A DNA stretch of 32,000 nt, from NCBI RefSeq assembly GCF_000406145.1, contig NZ_CM001976.1, positions 4,392,380 to 4,424,379 on the forward strand, read 5' to 3'. Of this stretch, positions 28,607 through 32,000 are shown piece after piece (position 1 is the stretch's first letter; each line of letters starts with the position of its first letter). The notes under the pieces were generated by a model that saw only the letters and a list, made by a program, of their open reading frames with translations, was not told the DNA's origin and searched no databases. The stretch is from Dickeya dadantii NCPPB 898 (GTDB lineage Bacteria > Pseudomonadota > Gammaproteobacteria > Enterobacterales > Enterobacteriaceae). A program made the translations under genes and the position numbers.

Positions 28607-29125
28607 ATGTCAGGACAAAGTATTATTCTGATGGGGGTTTCCGGCAGCGGGAAATCCAGCGTGGGCGCCCGGCTGGCACGGGAAATCAACGCCAAATTCA
28701 TCGACGGCGACGATCTGCATCCCAGAGCCAATATCCAGAAAATGGCCAGCGGTCAGCCGCTCAACGACGACGACCGCGCCCCCTGGCTGGAGCGCCTGAA
28801 CGACGCCGCCTACAGCCTGCTGCATAAAAATGAAACCGGCATTATCGTCTGTTCTGCGCTGAAAAAGCGCTACCGTGACCGGCTGCGCGAAGGCAACGAC
28901 GGCATGGTGTTCCTGTATCTGAAAGGCAGTTTCGAGGTGATTCTGCAGCGTCATCAAGCGCGCGCCGGGCATTTTATGCCGACCGGACTGCTGCAAAGCC
29001 AGTTTGATGCACTGGAAGAACCGGATGAGACGGAAACCGATGTCATCACCGTCGATATCAACGGCCCGATGGATCAGGTCGTGGAGCGGTGCGCGGCGGC
29101 GTTACGCGCGCACCCGTCGCGCTGA
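28607..29125 (+). CDS. gntK: Gluconokinase (thermoresistant type)
   Basis: The 172-aa ORF has the P-loop MGVSGSGKS and FIDGDDLHPRANI.KM..G.PL.D.DR.PWL, matching GntK. Confidence 0.93.
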   Translation: MSGQSIILMGVSGSGKSSVGARLAREINAKFIDGDDLHPRANIQKMASGQPLNDDDRAPWLERLNDAAYSLLHKNETGIIVCSALKKRYRDRLREGNDGMVFLYLKGSFEVILQRHQARAGHFMPTGLLQSQFDALEEPDETETDVITVDINGPMDQVVERCAAALRAHPSR

Positions 29126-29135
29126 AAGCACCGGC

Positions 29136-30134
29136 CTAGACGCTCTCTCCCACCTGCAGGGTAAAGCCGACGTCCACGCTGGCCGTCGGCAACGTTTCCC
29201 CATGCAAACGCGCCAGCAGTTGCGCGGCGCCGACTTCGCCAATGCGCTTACGCGGCGTCAGTACGCTGGTCAGCCGCGGCACCGTAGTCTGGCCGATATC
29301 GTGACCGTGGAAACCGGCGATGCCCATCTGTTCGGGAACGCGCAACCCTTGCCGCTGGCATTCGAACATGGCGCCGATAGCCAGGTCATCGTTGGTGCAG
29401 AACAGGCTGTCCACCTGCGGGTATTCCGCCTGCGCCCGGCGCAACAGTTCGCCGCCCAGCGTATAGGACGACGGGCTTTCGCTCATCACGCTGTAACTGG
29501 CAAGACCGGCTTCGGCCATCGCCTGGGCGTAGCCTTGCTGTTTCATTAGCGTTCGTTCGTCCTGACGCGCGCCAAGGTAGACCACATGGCGACGGCCGCG
29601 CGCGATCATGTAACGCGTCATCTGGCGCGCGGCATCCACGTTATCGAACCCTACCGCCATATCAAGACAGGGCGACACGGAATCCATCAACTCCACCACC
29701 GGGATCCCGGCCACGGCGATCATCTGGCGGGTACGGGCGGTGTGATTGCGCTCGGCGAGGATCAGTCCGTCAATGTTGTAGGCCAGCAATGACATCAAAC
29801 GTCGCTCTTCCATTTCCGGCTGATAACCGTAATGCGCCAGCATGGTTTGATATCCCTGCGCTTCCGCCACTTTTTCGATGCCGCGCAACACCTCGGCGAA
29901 TACCTGGTTGGTGAGCGACGGCAGCAGTACGCCGATGGCCCGGCTGGTGGAATTGGCGAGAATGTGCGGCGTTCGGTTGGGAATGTACCCTAGTTCATCC
30001 AGTACGGCGGCGATTTTTCCCCTCAGCGCCGCGGACACCTGCTCGGGGTTGCGCAAATAGCGGCTGACCGTCATTTTGGTCACCCCGACTCGGTCGGCGA
30101 CATCCTGAAGAACCGGCCTTTTTTTCTTGATCAT
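29136..30134 (-). CDS. gntR: LacI-family gluconate utilisation repressor
   Basis: The 332-aa ORF begins MIKKKRPVLQDVADRVGVTKMTVSRYLRNPEQVSAALRGKIAAVLDELGYIPNR.P..L.N.TSRAIGVLLPSLTNQVFAEVLRGIE, nearly identical to E. coli GntR. Confidence 0.95.
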   Translation of the reverse strand: MIKKKRPVLQDVADRVGVTKMTVSRYLRNPEQVSAALRGKIAAVLDELGYIPNRTPHILANSTSRAIGVLLPSLTNQVFAEVLRGIEKVAEAQGYQTMLAHYGYQPEMEERRLMSLLAYNIDGLILAERNHTARTRQMIAVAGIPVVELMDSVSPCLDMAVGFDNVDAARQMTRYMIARGRRHVVYLGARQDERTLMKQQGYAQAMAEAGLASYSVMSESPSSYTLGGELLRRAQAEYPQVDSLFCTNDDLAIGAMFECQRQGLRVPEQMGIAGFHGHDIGQTTVPRLTSVLTPRKRIGEVGAAQLLARLHGETLPTASVDVGFTLQVGESV

Positions 30135-30314
30135 CCGTTGACATCCCCGTGGCTGAAAACACCGATTGTACTAAAGAAATGGTTAGCAGAATATGTACTT
30201 GAACACAGGTTATAAAATCGGACAGGGTACAGTCGCGCAAATAATACACGTTGACATTATTTATATTTTTATTGTTTGCTGATTATTAATTATAAATAAC
30301 AACCAATAGGAATA

Positions 30315-30438
30315 TATACCCTAAATAATTCGAGTTACAGGACAACAGGCTCGCGTGTTGAACAACATCACGCGTTGGCCCAGGGATGGGCCGAGTAATA
30401 AAGCCAACGCACCTGCAACGTGAAGTATGACGGCTATA
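30315..30438. repeat. Full-length ERIC/IRU-type intergenic repeat (~124 nt imperfect palindrome)
   Basis: The left end is TATACCCTAAATAATTCGAGTTACAGG and the right end is CCTGCAACGTGAAGTATGACGGCTATA. The ends are imperfect inverted copies of each other. Both match my recollection of the ERIC consensus ends (..CCTGCAACTCGAATTATTTAGGGTATA / GCAACTTGAAGTATGACGGGTATA). Confidence 0.7.
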
Positions 30439-30791
30439 TCGCCAATAAATTGGATTTTTATATTAATAAGAAAATAGGCAATGAATAATTTTTATTATAA
30501 GTAGCTTCACATATTGATGTTACATTCTTATTCATGCAGTAAAGCAAGCGGGTGGAAATGGAAACAACCGTATTTTTATATCGGCCATTTGATGACATCG
30601 ACCGCGATTATCATCACGGATATCGCCAGAATAACGATGATGGCCTCGACCCGGAACCGTTTTAATACCATCACCTCGCCCAGTTATGTGTTTATGGCTA
30701 AACCCGCCATGTCAGTCCTGTCGCATTTGGGCACATTTGCAGGCAAACGTTGTTGCACAGCACAAAATCATGACATTCAGGAGCAATTAGT

Positions 30792-31607
30792 ATGACGACT
30801 ATTCCAACATTTGGATCGTACACGGTGGCGGATCCAAACACAGAACAGAGCTGGCGAGTAACGCACAGCACGACGGAACAACCAGGCGATAATAATGGGG
30901 CTGTCGCGGACGACGTAAAAATTGACCGTCAGGATGTCAATATCAGCGCAGAAGCTCTCGGTAAATATCAGGCATATATTGAAGCGCGCAAAGCGGGTGA
31001 TGCTACCTCTACTCAGTTGACTATCTCGGAAGGAACAGCGATTGACGTTCCTGATGCGCTCAGCGAAGAAGAGCTTGCCGAGTTGATGAAGCCGACTGAT
31101 ACCTGGACCGAGCGGATGAAAATAGTGGACCAGGAGACACTCAACCTGCGTTCGGTGTCTTCTCAAATTGAGTCGACTTATATGTCTTTCCTGGAACAGC
31201 TTGGCAAAGATAATCCGGATTTAAAGGGAGCGACTTTCGGTTTCAGCGTGAGTAAGTACAACAGGATCGTGGTCACCGGAGCAGAAGGGCTGAGCCAGGA
31301 GCAGATTCAGCGGCTGGAACGGGCGCTTAATTCATCCCGCGAGCTGGTGGATCAGGCGAATAAACTGGCCGATACCCAAATCGCGCTCTTCGAGGCTGAA
31401 AGTCCTAACGCCGTAATCGCCTTTAACCGGGACAACTACGCCCAAACCATCGATATCGGCGCAGAACTCCTGTCAAGAAATCGCGCTCGTTACGCCGCTC
31501 GGGACGGCTCAGCGAATGATGTTCATCAGAAGAACTGGGACAACAACTGGCGGCAGCAGCTGGCGCGTAAAGGCGTCCGAATTAGCAATGAGGGTGTAGA
31601 AGCATAA
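30792..31607 (+). CDS. Hypothetical acidic, Gln/Asn-rich soluble protein (271 aa), no family recognised
   Basis: A strong SD (AGGAG at 30778-30782) lies 9 nt before the ATG. The long ORF sits in a lower-GC context. The product has no TM segment or signal peptide, and its N-terminus is Ser/Thr-rich (MTTIPTFGSYTVADPNTEQSW). Confidence 0.6.
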   Translation: MTTIPTFGSYTVADPNTEQSWRVTHSTTEQPGDNNGAVADDVKIDRQDVNISAEALGKYQAYIEARKAGDATSTQLTISEGTAIDVPDALSEEELAELMKPTDTWTERMKIVDQETLNLRSVSSQIESTYMSFLEQLGKDNPDLKGATFGFSVSKYNRIVVTGAEGLSQEQIQRLERALNSSRELVDQANKLADTQIALFEAESPNAVIAFNRDNYAQTIDIGAELLSRNRARYAARDGSANDVHQKNWDNNWRQQLARKGVRISNEGVEA

Positions 31608-31686
31608 GCCTATCGGGAGCGCAACCAGCCTCAACCACTGGCAGTTTGGTAGCGAATTATACCTCCGCTGCACGGCGGCGAACCAG

Positions 31687-31708
31687 GGCGTTCCGGCACG
31701 GGAACGCC
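31687..31708. terminator. 8-bp stem hairpin between the convergent hypothetical gene and yhhW
   Basis: GGCGTTCC, loop GGCACG, GGAACGCC. No clear U-tract on either strand. Confidence 0.35.
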
Positions 31709-31727
31709 CCTCTAAACGCCGCCGCCG

Positions 31728-32000
31728 TCACTTGACCGGCGGTAAATCAAACAGCAGGATTTCACTGTCTTCGCTGGCACGCACGGTGATGGAATCCTCA
31801 TCCCAGATAGCCAGCGCGTCGCTGGCGGTGGCCTGCTGACCGTTGATCTCAATGGTGCCGCGTACCACCTGAATCCACAGGTGACGACCCTGCTGGGTCT
31901 GGTAAACCGACTCTTCCTGCGATTTCAGCGCCCAGCGCCACAGCGTCATGTCCTGGAACACCTTCAGCGACCCGTCGCGAGCATCCGGCGACAATACCAG
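31728..32000 (-). CDS. yhhW: Pirin-family quercetin 2,3-dioxygenase, C-terminal part (5' end beyond the window)
   Basis: SPDARDGSLKVFQDMTLWRWAL....SV.Q......WIQVV.G...ING..A..SD.LAIWDE..I.....DSE.LLFDLPPV matches the E. coli YhhW C-terminus. The reading frame stays open to position 32000. Confidence 0.88.
   Translation of the reverse strand: MVLSPDARDGSLKVFQDMTLWRWALKSQEESVYQTQQGRHLWIQVVRGTIEINGQQATASDALAIWDEDSITVRASEDSEILLFDLPPVK

Noticed and set aside
30514-30795. 93-aa + ORF upstream of the 271-aa hypothetical gene, and a 35-aa ORF at 30558-30665 (METTVFLYRPFDD...)
   Set aside because: The 93-aa ORF has no credible SD and a Cys/Ser/Thr-rich odd composition. It is more likely part of the regulatory or leader region. 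The 35-aa ORF has only a poorly spaced GGTGG, and I cannot support it without conservation or expression data.

Overview
The window is a chromosomal segment from a gamma-proteobacterial Enterobacterales genome. GC-rich codon usage and ERIC repeats suggest a Pectobacteriaceae/Dickeya-like organism, but that is only an inference. It is syntenic with the E. coli malP / glpRGE-glpD / glgPACXB / asd / yhgN / gnt / yhhW region. The core genes are malP (partial), glpR, glpG, glpE, glpD, glgP, glgA, glgC, glgX, glgB, asd, yhgN, a GntT-like permease, gntK, gntR and yhhW (partial). All were identified by my own reading of the ORF translations against remembered E. coli orthologs and family motifs; no search was run. 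Three accessory insertions break this backbone. (1) A 6.7-kb mosaic insertion lies between glpG and glpE. It holds a four-gene acidic-sugar catabolic module (DeoR-HTH::ribokinase fusion, DapA-family aldolase, YhcH/DUF386 protein, ACS-type MFS transporter). It also holds an AT-rich c-di-GMP module: a YdiV-like degenerate EAL, a catalytically intact stand-alone EAL, and an orphan 102-aa protein. (2) A 3.5-kb islet between glgB and asd carries three regulators without their usual partners: a BtsS/YehU-type LytS kinase with no LytTR regulator, a cspA ortholog with a conserved 5' UTR, and nikR without nikABCDE. (3) An AT-rich stretch between gntR and yhhW contains a full ERIC element and an orphan 271-aa acidic protein. 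Regulatory DNA visible by eye includes two perfect CRP cores, a perfect 30-bp palindrome made of two GntR operators, a periodic GlpR-type operator array in front of glpD, and a 137-nt multi-stem GC-rich element between glpD and glgP. I saw no tRNA, rRNA, CRISPR array, IS element, integrase or recognisable defence system. The best candidates for undescribed biology are the HTH-kinase/aldolase/YhcH/MFS module and the pseudo-EAL/EAL pair.
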